From the sequence record MT968995.1: a stretch of DNA of 64,000 nucleotides; one strand, given 5' to 3'. The notes beneath the pieces are model-generated. The model had not been told where the DNA came from. It ran no database searches and saw nothing but the letters and a program-made list of their open reading frames with translations. Of this stretch, positions 26,541 to 35,734 are shown one piece after another. A program made the translations under genes and the position numbers. Position 1 is the stretch's first letter, and every line of letters starts with the position of its first letter. This DNA comes from Escherichia phage vB_EcoM_WL-3.

Positions 26541-26818
26541 TATTCTTTAAATCTAATCAATTTATTCATAGACTTTGAAACTTCTGCACGAACCTCATGT
26601 AGATTTTTGAGCTGTTCAAGACGCTGCTCATAGTAAGCAATTTCATCTTCTTCGAGACAGTCCTGTGAATCTTCTTTAAGATACCGTGCATAGTCCTGGA
26701 AAGCGTTACGGACTACTTCCTGGAAGTCATCAAGACTTTGAATTTTCTTAGGAGCAGCAGACACACGACGAGGGGCAGTATAATACTCATAACCAAACCC
26801 TGCGCTTAATTGAGCCAT
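26540..26818 (-). CDS. Hypothetical acidic protein
   Basis: Track ORF trimmed to ATG overlapping the upstream stop (TAATG). Confidence 0.5.
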   Translation of the reverse strand: MAQLSAGFGYEYYTAPRRVSAAPKKIQSLDDFQEVVRNAFQDYARYLKEDSQDCLEEDEIAYYEQRLEQLKNLHEVRAEVSKSMNKLIRFKE

Positions 26819-27120
26819 TAATATTTTTCCTCTGGTTGGAACACAGCACGACAAGCCCACATACTAGCTTCTTTGAGTTTCGTTTTAGCAATAGCTAACT
26901 GATCGAGGCTTTCAGCATAATTCTTCGCGAGTTCAAAGTCTTCGCAATTATCTAGTGCTTCCCAGAATTCATCATATAAAGCATCAAAGATAAGTCCTAA
27001 ACGAACTTCAGCGTCTTTAATAGCATTTACTTTACCGATTTTTTCGTCGGTATGTGGCTTATAACCTTTAATATCTTCAATCATATTTGACTTCCTCACC
27101 AGTACATAAATCGTATTCAA
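26818..27120 (-). CDS. Hypothetical protein
   Basis: ORF track 100 aa. Confidence 0.5.
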   Translation of the reverse strand: MNTIYVLVRKSNMIEDIKGYKPHTDEKIGKVNAIKDAEVRLGLIFDALYDEFWEALDNCEDFELAKNYAESLDQLAIAKTKLKEASMWACRAVFQPEEKY

Positions 27121-27298
27121 CTAAACGAATAGGTTCATGAATGCCATATCCCTGAACAGAAATTTCTGTCGTAGGATAAATTCCACTAATATCACCCATA
27201 TTCCACGCTTCATTAAATTGCTGTTCGCCTGAATTACTAAACCATTCTGCGAAAGCATTTAGCACATCTTCAGAACCTTCAATAATTATCTTTGCCAT
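27077..27298 (-). CDS. Hypothetical small acidic protein
   Basis: ORF track 73 aa. Confidence 0.5.
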   Translation of the reverse strand: MAKIIIEGSEDVLNAFAEWFSNSGEQQFNEAWNMGDISGIYPTTEISVQGYGIHEPIRLVEYDLCTGEEVKYD

Positions 27299-27672
27299 TA
27301 CAAACTCTCAGTAAAGGTACGAGCGATAACGTCGCGCTGCTGTTCCGGAGTCAGAGAGTTAAAGCGAACTGCATAACCGGATACACGGATGGTCAGCTGC
27401 GGATATTTTTCCGGATGCTTAACTGCATCTTCCAGAGTTTCACGACGCAGAACGTTAACGTTCAGGTGTTGACCACCTTCAATTTTAACTGTAGGTTGTG
27501 TTTCAATTTCAATTTCACGGGCATGCAAACCATAGAAAATTTCTGGGTCTACAAAAGAGTCCTCTTTAAAAGTTTTAGAAACAATAATTCGTGCTTGAAT
27601 ACCATCTTCAAAATAAATAGTACCTTTATGTGTGCCTTCAAGAATTTGATATGCTTTCATATAACCTCTCAA
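27298..27672 (-). CDS. Autonomous glycyl radical cofactor (GrcA/YfiD-like)
   Basis: C-terminal [59 protein letters not shown] is near-identical to the glycyl-radical domain of E. coli GrcA as recalled. Confidence 0.85.
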   Translation of the reverse strand: MRGYMKAYQILEGTHKGTIYFEDGIQARIIVSKTFKEDSFVDPEIFYGLHAREIEIETQPTVKIEGGQHLNVNVLRRETLEDAVKHPEKYPQLTIRVSGYAVRFNSLTPEQQRDVIARTFTESL

Positions 27673-28049
27673 TTAGAAAATAAATTTATCCAAGATTGCT
27701 CTTTAATTAAAAATGGCTCAGAATCATATGCCATTAAACTTTGGGTAATTAGTCCTTTAAAAGGCCCATCAATAAATTCCATGGTAAAATATGGAATTTT
27801 ATTCATTAATCTTGCATTAGGAGCAGTGCACAAAACTCTGCATCCTCTGAATACGCCTTTTTGTAATTTGTATTGCTTAGGATAAAATTCGCTCAAGGCG
27901 TTGTTATTTGCCAAAATTTCAAAATGATTCACCAATTTATTTTTAATAGTTTTTGGCGAAAAATAAAGATATTCGAAAAGTTGCGTATCTGTCATCATTG
28001 CATTCCAATTACGAAAAACTGTGGACGAGTAATACCACCAATGCAACAT
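27669..28049 (-). CDS. Hypothetical protein
   Basis: ORF track 126 aa. Confidence 0.5.
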   Translation of the reverse strand: MLHWWYYSSTVFRNWNAMMTDTQLFEYLYFSPKTIKNKLVNHFEILANNNALSEFYPKQYKLQKGVFRGCRVLCTAPNARLMNKIPYFTMEFIDGPFKGLITQSLMAYDSEPFLIKEQSWINLFSN

Positions 28050-28534
28050 TTACTATTGCAACAGTGTTGCACAGTTTCAATATGAATATCGTAAATTTTA
28101 TCCATATCAGGAGATTTAACAGGCTCATCGATTATATACAAAATTCGAGAAAGCGATAAACCTCTGAACTTGCTACCTCTATTACCAACAAAACTACGGA
28201 CAGAATCAGTAAATAAGCGGAATCGAATATCATCATTAGAATAACGTGAAAATTCCTTTTTAATGTTATTTGCAGAAATTTTAGCGTAAGCTGAAGTATT
28301 AGAAAGAACAATAACTGTTCCGCCATCATACAACCAATTAGCAGCAAAGTTAGTCACAGCAATTGATTTACCAGATTGACGTCCACCGTCTAGTCGAAGT
28401 GTGCAATACTGTTTAAGCAAGTCTTCAAATGGCAGGATATATTCGTTTTTACAAATTTCTTCTACTCTAGCATCAGAATGGTGTGTAAAAGCATTCATCA
28501 GGGATAGATAAGGACCAGTTAAAAATGTTATCAT
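27995..28534 (-). CDS. Hypothetical P-loop NTPase
   Basis: Walker A GGRQSGKS, Walker B-like LYIIDEP; start ambiguous (28534, 28564 or 28582). Confidence 0.5.
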   Translation of the reverse strand: MITFLTGPYLSLMNAFTHHSDARVEEICKNEYILPFEDLLKQYCTLRLDGGRQSGKSIAVTNFAANWLYDGGTVIVLSNTSAYAKISANNIKKEFSRYSNDDIRFRLFTDSVRSFVGNRGSKFRGLSLSRILYIIDEPVKSPDMDKIYDIHIETVQHCCNSKCCIGGITRPQFFVIGMQ

Positions 28535-28679
28535 TTTATTCTCTCTAAATTTGGGCCATTCCATGGCGCATGAATTGTCCATTTCTGTATTTACCCATTA
28601 CCGCACTTGGGCTCGACCTTATTACAGGTTGGTGGGAATCCCTCACAGAATCATGAGGTCCAGGTTATTCCCATGTTAT

Positions 28680-29096
28680 TTAAATGTAAATATTTTTGCC
28701 GTAATACTTATACCAGTGTGGCTTCATTAAAATTTTTTCATCGAGTCGTTGTTGACTCAACTTAATAGCTGATTTGCATGGATTATAATCATTTTTCCAT
28801 TCTACTGGAATATCGCTGATGTCAGGAACTTCAGTATCTTTTATACTGAACCCGCGTTTTAAGCATTCCGTTATAATGTCCGATTGACGCTTTCGCAAAA
28901 ATTCTAACTTATCGTAAAAGAAAGTAACATGACCAGAACCTAAAATAAATTTAGAAGATATTTTAAAATCTTTAACGCGCTTACCGTTTGCCACATGCTT
29001 ACGAACTATACCAAAAACACGCGGCAATTCACGGTATTCTGCGATTAAATGTTGATCAGCAAGTTCAGATACTAAAGTCAAATTAATACGAGTCAT
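28680..29096 (-). CDS. denV: Endonuclease V (pyrimidine-dimer DNA glycosylase)
   Basis: 138 aa; [17 protein letters not shown]...[10 protein letters not shown] matches recalled T4 DenV with substitutions. Confidence 0.9.
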   Translation of the reverse strand: MTRINLTLVSELADQHLIAEYRELPRVFGIVRKHVANGKRVKDFKISSKFILGSGHVTFFYDKLEFLRKRQSDIITECLKRGFSIKDTEVPDISDIPVEWKNDYNPCKSAIKLSQQRLDEKILMKPHWYKYYGKNIYI

Positions 29097-29155
29097 TTTA
29101 TCCCTCCAAGTAACTGTGAATATACTATCACAATTCTAGGAGAAAGTAAATAGCT

Positions 29156-29686
<531 letters not shown>

Positions 29687-30142
29687 TTAAAAGAGGCTGT
29701 TCATTATTCGGTAAAGTGAAGGACCCATCACATATTGCCACTGAGTACGAGGAATAAGAGCAAAAGCATCCATCTCTGGAATCATAACACCATCTTTATT
29801 TTCAAAATAAGACTCGCAATGGCAATTTCTAAACATCTCATGCTCTACTGGAATCGTATAATAAAATAACTGAAGGTCTTTATTACTAGAATATTTAAAT
29901 ACACCTAGGTCTTCTAGAAGGTCTGGATTATAATTGCTAAAACCAGTCTCTTCTAAACATTCTCTTCGTGCTGCATCTAGTGCGTTTAAATCAGAATTTT
30001 CTACACGGCCTTTTGGAATATCCCAGCGATGTGCCATCATTCCAGGCTTACGAGAACCAGTAACCCGTCCCATGAATAAATCTTTATCTTCTGTCATAAA
30101 GATAATACCAGCTGATAGTGTTTTCATTTTAATTTCCTGCAT
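29687..30142 (-). CDS. nudE: Nudix hydrolase
   Basis: 151 aa; Nudix box GRVENSDLNALDAARRECLEETGF; alternative start ATG 30127 overlapping upstream stop. Confidence 0.8.
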   Translation of the reverse strand: MQEIKMKTLSAGIIFMTEDKDLFMGRVTGSRKPGMMAHRWDIPKGRVENSDLNALDAARRECLEETGFSNYNPDLLEDLGVFKYSSNKDLQLFYYTIPVEHEMFRNCHCESYFENKDGVMIPEMDAFALIPRTQWQYVMGPSLYRIMNSLF

Positions 30143-30384
30143 TCAGTGATAAAGTTATTTAAATTTTGAGTATATTTCTTTTCATCAAAAATCTTTTGTT
30201 GTCTGCGTAGCCGCCATGGCATTTCTATGAACGTGTACCATATCCCAGATAATATTGCTGCTGTAAAAATATTAACAAGTATGGTTAAAAGAATCCAATC
30301 TCCTATTCTGTCCATTGGATTTTTTATAAAAAAGTAAAATATGAATGATGTCACAGGAAGACTAATAATATACCACAGAATCAT
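30124..30384 (-). CDS. Small membrane protein (e.x cluster)
   Basis: 86 aa; two hydrophobic segments; ATGA-coupled. Confidence 0.5.
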   Translation of the reverse strand: MILWYIISLPVTSFIFYFFIKNPMDRIGDWILLTILVNIFTAAILSGIWYTFIEMPWRLRRQQKIFDEKKYTQNLNNFITECRKLK

Positions 30385-30611
30385 AATTTATCTGTGAACC
30401 AATCAGCGTTCGTTAACTTAGCGCGACCATTATAAATACACACGAATTTATCATCTGTTGCAGTAGATGGCTTAACTGGTTGATATCCCATTCTAAACTC
30501 CCTAATTAACAAATTTTTCATATCTTCGGAACAGCCATTCCAGTCAACTCTATCAACTGGAATGCCATCATCCCCATCATCTAAATCATACCAGCGAGTT
30601 TTTAAAATCAT
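30381..30611 (-). CDS. Hypothetical small protein (e.x cluster)
   Basis: 76 aa; ATGA overlaps on both sides. Confidence 0.5.
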   Translation of the reverse strand: MILKTRWYDLDDGDDGIPVDRVDWNGCSEDMKNLLIREFRMGYQPVKPSTATDDKFVCIYNGRAKLTNADWFTDKL

Positions 30612-30868
30612 TTAATTTTCCTACAATCACTCACAAACTCTTCCATTGATTCTTTTTCAATATAAGACATGTAGTTATTATATTCCTTTAATTGTATTTT
30701 GTAATCCTTTTTTCTTTGCCAATTTATTTTAAAATTATCATAATGAAAATATAGCATGGTGCCAAAGAATGAAAATAATGAAATCGCTATAGTATAACGA
30801 AGTTCACTCCAAACCTCTGTTATAATTACTGTGCCGTCGATGTTTAAAATAAAACAGTCAATTAGCAA
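30608..30868 (-). CDS. Small membrane protein (e.x cluster)
   Basis: 86 aa; hydrophobic N-terminal half. Confidence 0.5.
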   Translation of the reverse strand: MLIDCFILNIDGTVIITEVWSELRYTIAISLFSFFGTMLYFHYDNFKINWQRKKDYKIQLKEYNNYMSYIEKESMEEFVSDCRKIK

Positions 30869-30953
30869 TCCAATAAGAGACTACCCGCAAGAGCTGCAAA
30901 TACTGACACAGCAAGAATTAATAGTGCCTCGGGAAACGAATATTTGACTTTAT

Positions 30954-31346
30954 TTAGTTTTGGCTTTTGCATCGTGATTCCTTAACAAATTTCATAATTT
31001 CATTAAATTCATACATATCTAGTTTAAGCTGGTGTTCCTTTTTAATCTTTTTACACTGAGCTTTCCATTCACGTACACGTTTACGATAATGCCTTCCTTG
31101 ATACCAATATCCTACCCAATTTACAGGTACTAATAAAAATGGAACTACTAATGGAAGAATTAATACTGACAGAAATATTACACCAGATTCAATATCAGTC
31201 ATAACATCTATAACTATTCCAATAATCATTAGGATTATAAATGATACAGCTGTCACAGGACCTACTAATACATCAGTAGGAATTAGCTGGCGCTTTAATT
31301 CATACTTCAACGGTTTACTTGGAAGGTATAGTGATGGTTTTGACAT
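30954..31346 (-). CDS. Small membrane protein (e.x cluster)
   Basis: Start moved to ATG 31346 (AAGGAA SD); long hydrophobic segments. Confidence 0.5.
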   Translation of the reverse strand: MSKPSLYLPSKPLKYELKRQLIPTDVLVGPVTAVSFIILMIIGIVIDVMTDIESGVIFLSVLILPLVVPFLLVPVNWVGYWYQGRHYRKRVREWKAQCKKIKKEHQLKLDMYEFNEIMKFVKESRCKSQN

Positions 31347-31929
31347 ATTCTCTACATTCCTTAACAAATTTTTCTAGTAATAAATCGCTTTCAAAATTGG
31401 GATTTTCTACGAATTTATCAAAAAGATCATCAACAATAGTTAAGATATTCTTTTTACTAAGAATACGTTTATTTTCATGCTTCGTTTCAGAATCAACTAT
31501 AAGAGTAAAGAAATATTTCTTGCCCTGAAATTTTACAGTAGTATCAATATAAAATAAATTTGACTTTTGTAAATTACGTTTAAACCATGCGTCACTTAAA
31601 CTATAAACACCGAGATAATCAAAATCGTCGTTTAAATAACAAACCGTCCATTCAGGAGAAATGAAATCAGTAAATTCAACATCAAAATCACACGTCAATG
31701 AATGAATTGATTCAATACTGTTAATGAGTATTCCAGGACGTATTAAAGACTTTTTACCTCTAGAAAATCTTCCGGAAAGGCTTTCATCAGTTTCATATGA
31801 AGACCCCCAATAGTAATTACGTCCTTCTGCCATGCGTTTAAGAGCATTTAGTAATTGGTCTGGAACATCAACCTGTCTTTGGAACTCTTCAAACATTGAA
31901 TTGAAATCACTTTGCATTTTCATTTTCAT
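31315..31929 (-). CDS. Hypothetical protein (e.x cluster)
   Basis: ORF track 204 aa. Confidence 0.55.
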   Translation of the reverse strand: MKMKMQSDFNSMFEEFQRQVDVPDQLLNALKRMAEGRNYYWGSSYETDESLSGRFSRGKKSLIRPGILINSIESIHSLTCDFDVEFTDFISPEWTVCYLNDDFDYLGVYSLSDAWFKRNLQKSNLFYIDTTVKFQGKKYFFTLIVDSETKHENKRILSKKNILTIVDDLFDKFVENPNFESDLLLEKFVKECREYVKTITIPSK

Positions 31930-31948
31930 TCCTATTTACTCCAAGTAT

Positions 31949-31966
31949 AAGGGGCCGAAGCCCCTT
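31949..31966 (-). terminator. GC hairpin AAGGGGC-CGAA-GCCCCTT
   Basis: Stem-loop immediately after the stop of ORF 31971-32564. Confidence 0.45.
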
Positions 31967-31970
31967 ATCA

Positions 31971-32564
31971 TTATTTCAGAGAATTAATGTATTCCTGAAC
32001 ATCGGCAGAGGTAGTTTCAACCCCAGAAATATTACCGTTAAAGGTTTCAACTCGAGCAAGGGTATCTTCAATATCAACCTTAGTCAGTGCTGCAATTTCA
32101 ACTACATCATCAGCAGTACTAATTCCAAGGGCATTTGCTGCACGAGTTTCACGGATATATTCCAATTTAACCGCAAGTTCTTGACGAGCATCATCTAACT
32201 CAACTACTTTCTTGGCGATTTCAATTCGCATTTCAGCATAACCGTCAGCCTTAGTAGTCAACTGCTCAGCTGTTCGACGATATAGTAAACCGAGTTTAGC
32301 ATGCATTGTTACATCTTGGCCTTCGAAAAGAAGTTTACGAATTTCACGCTCTTTTGATTCGGCCTGTCGATTCTTTTCGATAACAAGTTCACGAATACGT
32401 TTTTCTTCGTTAATAGATTTAACAGAAGCAGTTTTTAGATCTTTAATTTTATCAAGTAGTTTTGCTGCTGCAGCAGTATACTGTTCTTCGACAGATAGAT
32501 TTTTAGCCATAGCAGAACCAAGTTTAGTGCGAATAAACTCAACAATTTTCTTCAGTGTGTTCAT
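31971..32564 (-). CDS. Coiled-coil protein, possibly PspA/IM30-like
   Basis: 197 aa; all-helical, heptad-rich; weak by-eye resemblance to PspA family. Confidence 0.55.
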   Translation of the reverse strand: MNTLKKIVEFIRTKLGSAMAKNLSVEEQYTAAAAKLLDKIKDLKTASVKSINEEKRIRELVIEKNRQAESKEREIRKLLFEGQDVTMHAKLGLLYRRTAEQLTTKADGYAEMRIEIAKKVVELDDARQELAVKLEYIRETRAANALGISTADDVVEIAALTKVDIEDTLARVETFNGNISGVETTSADVQEYINSLK

Positions 32565-32665
32565 AGTATTTCCTTAGGTTAATTGAGATTTAAAATCCGT
32601 AGGAGTATAATACTCTATCGTCAAATTATAGGCTCATAATATCTCAATCATGAGCCTGCGTAAAC

Positions 32666-32929
32666 TTATTTCATATTATTGAAATATTCTTCTGCGATTT
32701 CGTCGTTATCATGGTAAACTTTAGAAGACAGTTTAACATAACCTTCTGCTGTGAACATATTAATCACAACTTTTACAGTATACCACTGACCGTCTTCATT
32801 ACCCATTACTGCGTAAGTTTCAAACATCGGATGATCAGGACCGATAACTTTAATATCATTCACTGTATGACCGAAATCTTCTGAAACGCATTTCATAAAG
32901 AAGTTGAACAGTTCGCCGTAATTATCCAT
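32666..32929 (-). CDS. Hypothetical small acidic protein
   Basis: Start moved to ATG 32929 (GGAG SD); upstream 40 codons of the track ORF are translated promoter. Confidence 0.5.
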   Translation of the reverse strand: MDNYGELFNFFMKCVSEDFGHTVNDIKVIGPDHPMFETYAVMGNEDGQWYTVKVVINMFTAEGYVKLSSKVYHDNDEIAEEYFNNMK

Positions 32930-32969
32930 TTCATTCTCCAAGTTGTTTTCTGTATCAGTAGTTGATAGT

Positions 32970-33005
32970 TGTATAGTACCATGGAAGAACAGAGATGTAA
33001 ACAGT
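32970..33005 (-). promoter_or_regulatory. T4-type early promoter cassette (-35 GTTTACA, -10 TACTAT), near-duplicate of 19071-19106
   Basis: Minus-strand GTTTAC (32996-33001 rc), TACTAT (32973-32978 rc). Confidence 0.5.
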
Positions 33006-33132
33006 TTTGTGAAAAAATTTTTAGGGAATTCTAGGGCAGGGATGGGCAATTAAAGGATAGGATAATATATTATAAAGGGTATAAACTAAATGATGCCTAG
33101 AGAGGTCCAGAAAGGCCTAGATACCAAAAAGC

Positions 33133-33151
33133 CCTATCATTTAGATAGGGA
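33133..33151 (-). terminator. Hairpin CCCTATC-ATTTA-GATAGGG
   Basis: 7-bp stem immediately after the stop of ORF 33159-33722. Confidence 0.4.
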
Positions 33152-33158
33152 TTTAAAA

Positions 33159-33722
33159 TTATTTACCTAGTTTAGTTATTATAGCTTCGGCAGCAGCTTT
33201 TAGCTTAGATGCGGTGTTAATACGATTTTTAATTTCAGTATACGCATCGCCAAGAACGTCGAGGCTATCAGAATAAACACTTACACTATTGCGTTCGCTA
33301 TTTGAAATAGAACCTTTAGTTTTGCGGTCAAAATCGGTGTACACGTCTTGAAGATCGCGGGCTGCCTTCTTTGCATCATCCAATGCATCAAGAGCTTTAT
33401 TCAAAGCATTAACGTATTTTTTAGTGTCGAACATATTCTTAGAAATTTTAACAGGTGCGCGTTCAGGAGTAGCTAACACAGATTTAGGAACCTGAGCGCC
33501 AGATGCCAATTTCTTAGAAATTTTGAAAAATGCTTTATTGAATTTATTTTCTTGACTCATTGTAAAAGAACTATTATCGATGTTGTACATTTCAATAGCT
33601 TTAGCTTTCCACTTAAGAAAATCGCCGCGGTCTTTTGGATCCAATTGGAAGAATACTTTAGTAAGTTCTGCTTCAGATGGTAATTTTGCTGCTTCGGTTA
33701 AAAATTCGGCATAGGTTTTCAT
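33159..33722 (-). CDS. Capsid-targeted internal protein (IPIII-like)
   Basis: 187 aa; N-terminal capsid targeting sequence MKTYAEFLTEA of the MKTYQEFIAE type; basic, Lys/Ala-rich. Confidence 0.65.
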   Translation of the reverse strand: MKTYAEFLTEAAKLPSEAELTKVFFQLDPKDRGDFLKWKAKAIEMYNIDNSSFTMSQENKFNKAFFKISKKLASGAQVPKSVLATPERAPVKISKNMFDTKKYVNALNKALDALDDAKKAARDLQDVYTDFDRKTKGSISNSERNSVSVYSDSLDVLGDAYTEIKNRINTASKLKAAAEAIITKLGK

Positions 33723-33812
33723 TTAAAATCCTTGAAATAATTTATCGGTCGGTTATTAATTATTTATTACTTTGTTATTATCCGTAACAGCATTCTCTAT
33801 GTGATTCAAACT

Positions 33813-33840
33813 AAAAAGCCCCAACCTTTCGGTCGGGGCT
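33813..33840 (-). terminator. Intrinsic terminator (10-bp GC stem, then U-run on the minus strand) ending the tRNA/small-RNA transcript
   Basis: AGCCCCAACC-TTTC-GGTCGGGGCT preceded on the plus strand by AAAAA. Confidence 0.5.
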
Positions 33841-34150
33841 AAGCCTTGCGGCAACCTTGTCGGGGTTCCACCTGCTAAGGCAAGTGTTTGTACGAAACGC
33901 CGGGATTCGAACCCGGTTATTAAGTAGTTGACGCTACTCAATATTTTTAAAAGGCCATATCTCGACCATATCCGAACGTTCCGTCAAAAACGCTACTCGG
34001 CTTACGGCAAAGATATTTCCTCGAATCGATAATTCGGTGCGCCGTTTCTGCTGTGATGTAAGAGGGCATCAACAAATCATAAAGATTTATTAACACAATT
34101 CCTTACCCAGGGAACATCAGTCCGACGACTTACCGGTAGCGACCCGGTTT
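33841..34150 (-). ncRNA. Small stable RNA region (T4 RNA C / RNA D-like, tRNA-like T-arm element)
   Basis: Non-coding 0.3 kb between terminator and ORF; GC-rich stems, CCGGG-TTCGAAT-CCCGG element; position matches T4 species 1/2 RNAs; boundaries not determined. Confidence 0.35.
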
Positions 34151-34151
34151 C

Positions 34152-34502
34152 TTAATATTCTTTTAAAGCATCAACCTGTTCACGACGTTTACGCCATAAA
34201 TCAATTGCTTCATACGCAGATTCAGCATTTCGAATTGGACGACATTTATATAAAGACTTGTGATTTTGATATTGTGTAGATAACGGAATTTTATCTAAAA
34301 GGTCTTTACGTTCAAAATATTCGTAACCATCTAAACCAAATGAACGATTTTTGAGAAATTGCCAATGACCATATTCGTTTTCGACATAAACATAATCTGC
34401 ATGCTGATAAAGCAAATTAATTACACGTTCAGAAATAACAGTGTCATTGTGATTAAAATAGAATGTTAAATCATGAACTACTAAATAAACATTACCTTTC
34501 AT
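34152..34502 (-). CDS. Hypothetical protein
   Basis: ORF track 116 aa. Confidence 0.5.
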   Translation of the reverse strand: MKGNVYLVVHDLTFYFNHNDTVISERVINLLYQHADYVYVENEYGHWQFLKNRSFGLDGYEYFERKDLLDKIPLSTQYQNHKSLYKCRPIRNAESAYEAIDLWRKRREQVDALKEY

Positions 34503-34521
34503 ATTTTCCTCACTTATAATT

Positions 34522-34597
34522 GGTCGAGGCAGTAGGGATCGAACCTACGACCTAGGACTTAGAAGGTCCTTGCTCTTCCTTCTGAGCTATGCCTCGG
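34522..34597 (-). tRNA. tRNA-Arg (anticodon UCU)
   Basis: Hand-folded cloverleaf; anticodon stem-loop GGACC-UUCUAAG-UCC; TTCGATC T-loop; encoded CCA. Confidence 0.8.
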
Positions 34598-34601
34598 ATT
34601 T

Positions 34602-34676
34602 GGCGGACATGATAGGATTCGAACCTATAACCAATCGCTTAACAGGCGATCGCTCTGCCATTGAGCTACACATCCA
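34602..34676 (-). tRNA. tRNA-Asn (anticodon GUU)
   Basis: Hand-folded; anticodon arm ATCGC-CTGTTAA-GCGAT; TTCGAAT T-loop; encoded CCA. Confidence 0.7.
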
Positions 34677-34680
34677 AATT

Positions 34681-34767
34681 GGTGGGGAGTGATGGAGTCG
34701 AACCACCCGAGTCGCAATGACAATGGATTTACAGTCCACACCGCTACCTCTACGGGATAACTCCCCT
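34681..34767 (-). tRNA. tRNA-Tyr (anticodon GUA), long variable arm
   Basis: Anticodon loop CTGTAAA identical to E. coli tRNA-Tyr; TTCGACT T-loop; encoded CCA. Confidence 0.7.
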
Positions 34768-34779
34768 AATTCTTAATTT

Positions 34780-34854
34780 GGTGGCCCTGGGTGGAATTGA
34801 ACCACCATCTGGCGATTATGAGTCGCTTGCTTGAACCTTCCAGCTACAGGGCCA
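34780..34854 (-). tRNA. tRNA with anticodon CAU (Met or lysidine-type Ile)
   Basis: Acceptor GGCCCTG/CAGGGCC; anticodon loop CTCATAA; TTCAATT T-loop; encoded CCA. Confidence 0.65.
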
Positions 34855-34861
34855 AATTTTC

Positions 34862-35347
34862 TTATTTTATGTAATATTTATTTAAAAACTTTCTAGCTTG
34901 AGTATGGCTAACATTTATAGCATTTGCATAATTTTTAATAAAACCTCGTTCATCCATATTAAAACTTTCTAATATTTTTAATCGTCTAGCTATCTCATCT
35001 TGACTTAAAGTACTTGCATTATTTTTAGAAATTTTTTCTAAGGACTGTACTGAGTGTTTTCGACCATTAAAATTAAAATTTTTAGATTTTGGAGGAAATC
35101 TATCATTTAGTCTCGCATCTTTTGTATTTTGATTATTAGTTGCGCAATATATGTTATTTAATGAGTATGGTCCTTTATCACCAAAACGGCACATACAGTA
35201 TTCATGACCCTTTCTTCCACGCTTATCATAATTTCCCGTTGATTTCCACCAATGCAACCACTCATCAAAAGTTAAATTCCATTCAATGTTTCTACGTATA
35301 GCAGAATTCCGCTGAGAAATATATTTTGCATAATCTTCTTTCATCAC
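34862..35347 (-). CDS. Cys/His-rich ORF in the tRNA gap; candidate mobile nuclease-like gene
   Basis: 161 aa; A/T-rich; motif NLTFDEWLHWW...GHEYCMCRFGDKGPYSLNNIYC; occupies the slot where T4 carries segB. Confidence 0.55.
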   Translation of the reverse strand: MMKEDYAKYISQRNSAIRRNIEWNLTFDEWLHWWKSTGNYDKRGRKGHEYCMCRFGDKGPYSLNNIYCATNNQNTKDARLNDRFPPKSKNFNFNGRKHSVQSLEKISKNNASTLSQDEIARRLKILESFNMDERGFIKNYANAINVSHTQARKFLNKYYIK

Positions 35348-35391
35348 AAATTTCTCTACTTATTACATACACTAAGCTAAATCAGCAAAAC

Positions 35392-35481
35392 TGGCGGAGG
35401 CGATAGGATTTGAACCTATGAGTCGCCGGAGCGACTGCCGGTTTTCAAGACCGGTGCATTAAACCACTCTGCCACGCCTCC
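35392..35481 (-). tRNA. tRNA-Ser (anticodon UGA), long variable arm
   Basis: Anticodon arm CCGGT-CTTGAAA-ACCGG; TTCAAAT T-loop; encoded CCA. Confidence 0.8.
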
Positions 35482-35483
35482 AG

Positions 35484-35557
35484 TCTCCATACAAGGATTT
35501 GAACCTTGGACCTCCTGATCCCAAATCAGGCGCTCTACCAAACTGAGCTACACGGAG
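35484..35557 (-). tRNA. tRNA-Pro (anticodon UGG), 3' CCA not encoded
   Basis: Anticodon arm CCTGA-TTTGGGA-TCAGG; 2 nt from tRNA-Ser (dimeric precursor as in T4). Confidence 0.75.
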
Positions 35558-35567
35558 TAAATTAAAT

Positions 35568-35641
<74 letters not shown>

Positions 35642-35646
35642 AAATT

Positions 35647-35733
35647 TGGTGCGAGAAGTGGGACTCGAACCCACAAGGAAATCATTCCGCAGCATTTTAA
35701 GTGCTGTGCCTTTACCAATTTGGCCATTCTCGC
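35647..35733 (-). tRNA. tRNA-Leu (anticodon UAA), long variable arm
   Basis: Anticodon arm CAGCA-CTTAAAA-TGCTG; TTCGAGT T-loop; encoded CCA. Confidence 0.8.
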
Positions 35734-35734
35734 G

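Noticed and set aside
27292-27885. Plus-strand 197-aa ORF across the GrcA-like gene region
   Set aside because: Antisense to the conserved GrcA-like gene; Phe/Asn-rich low-complexity translation typical of a spurious frame.
30124-31380. Apparent conserved C-terminal motif (F-x-x-ECRK-L/I-K) in several e.x proteins, suggesting paralogy
   Set aside because: The motif is encoded by the conserved intercistronic junction (AGGAAA SD plus ATGA overlap), so it reflects shared translation-initiation signals rather than protein homology.
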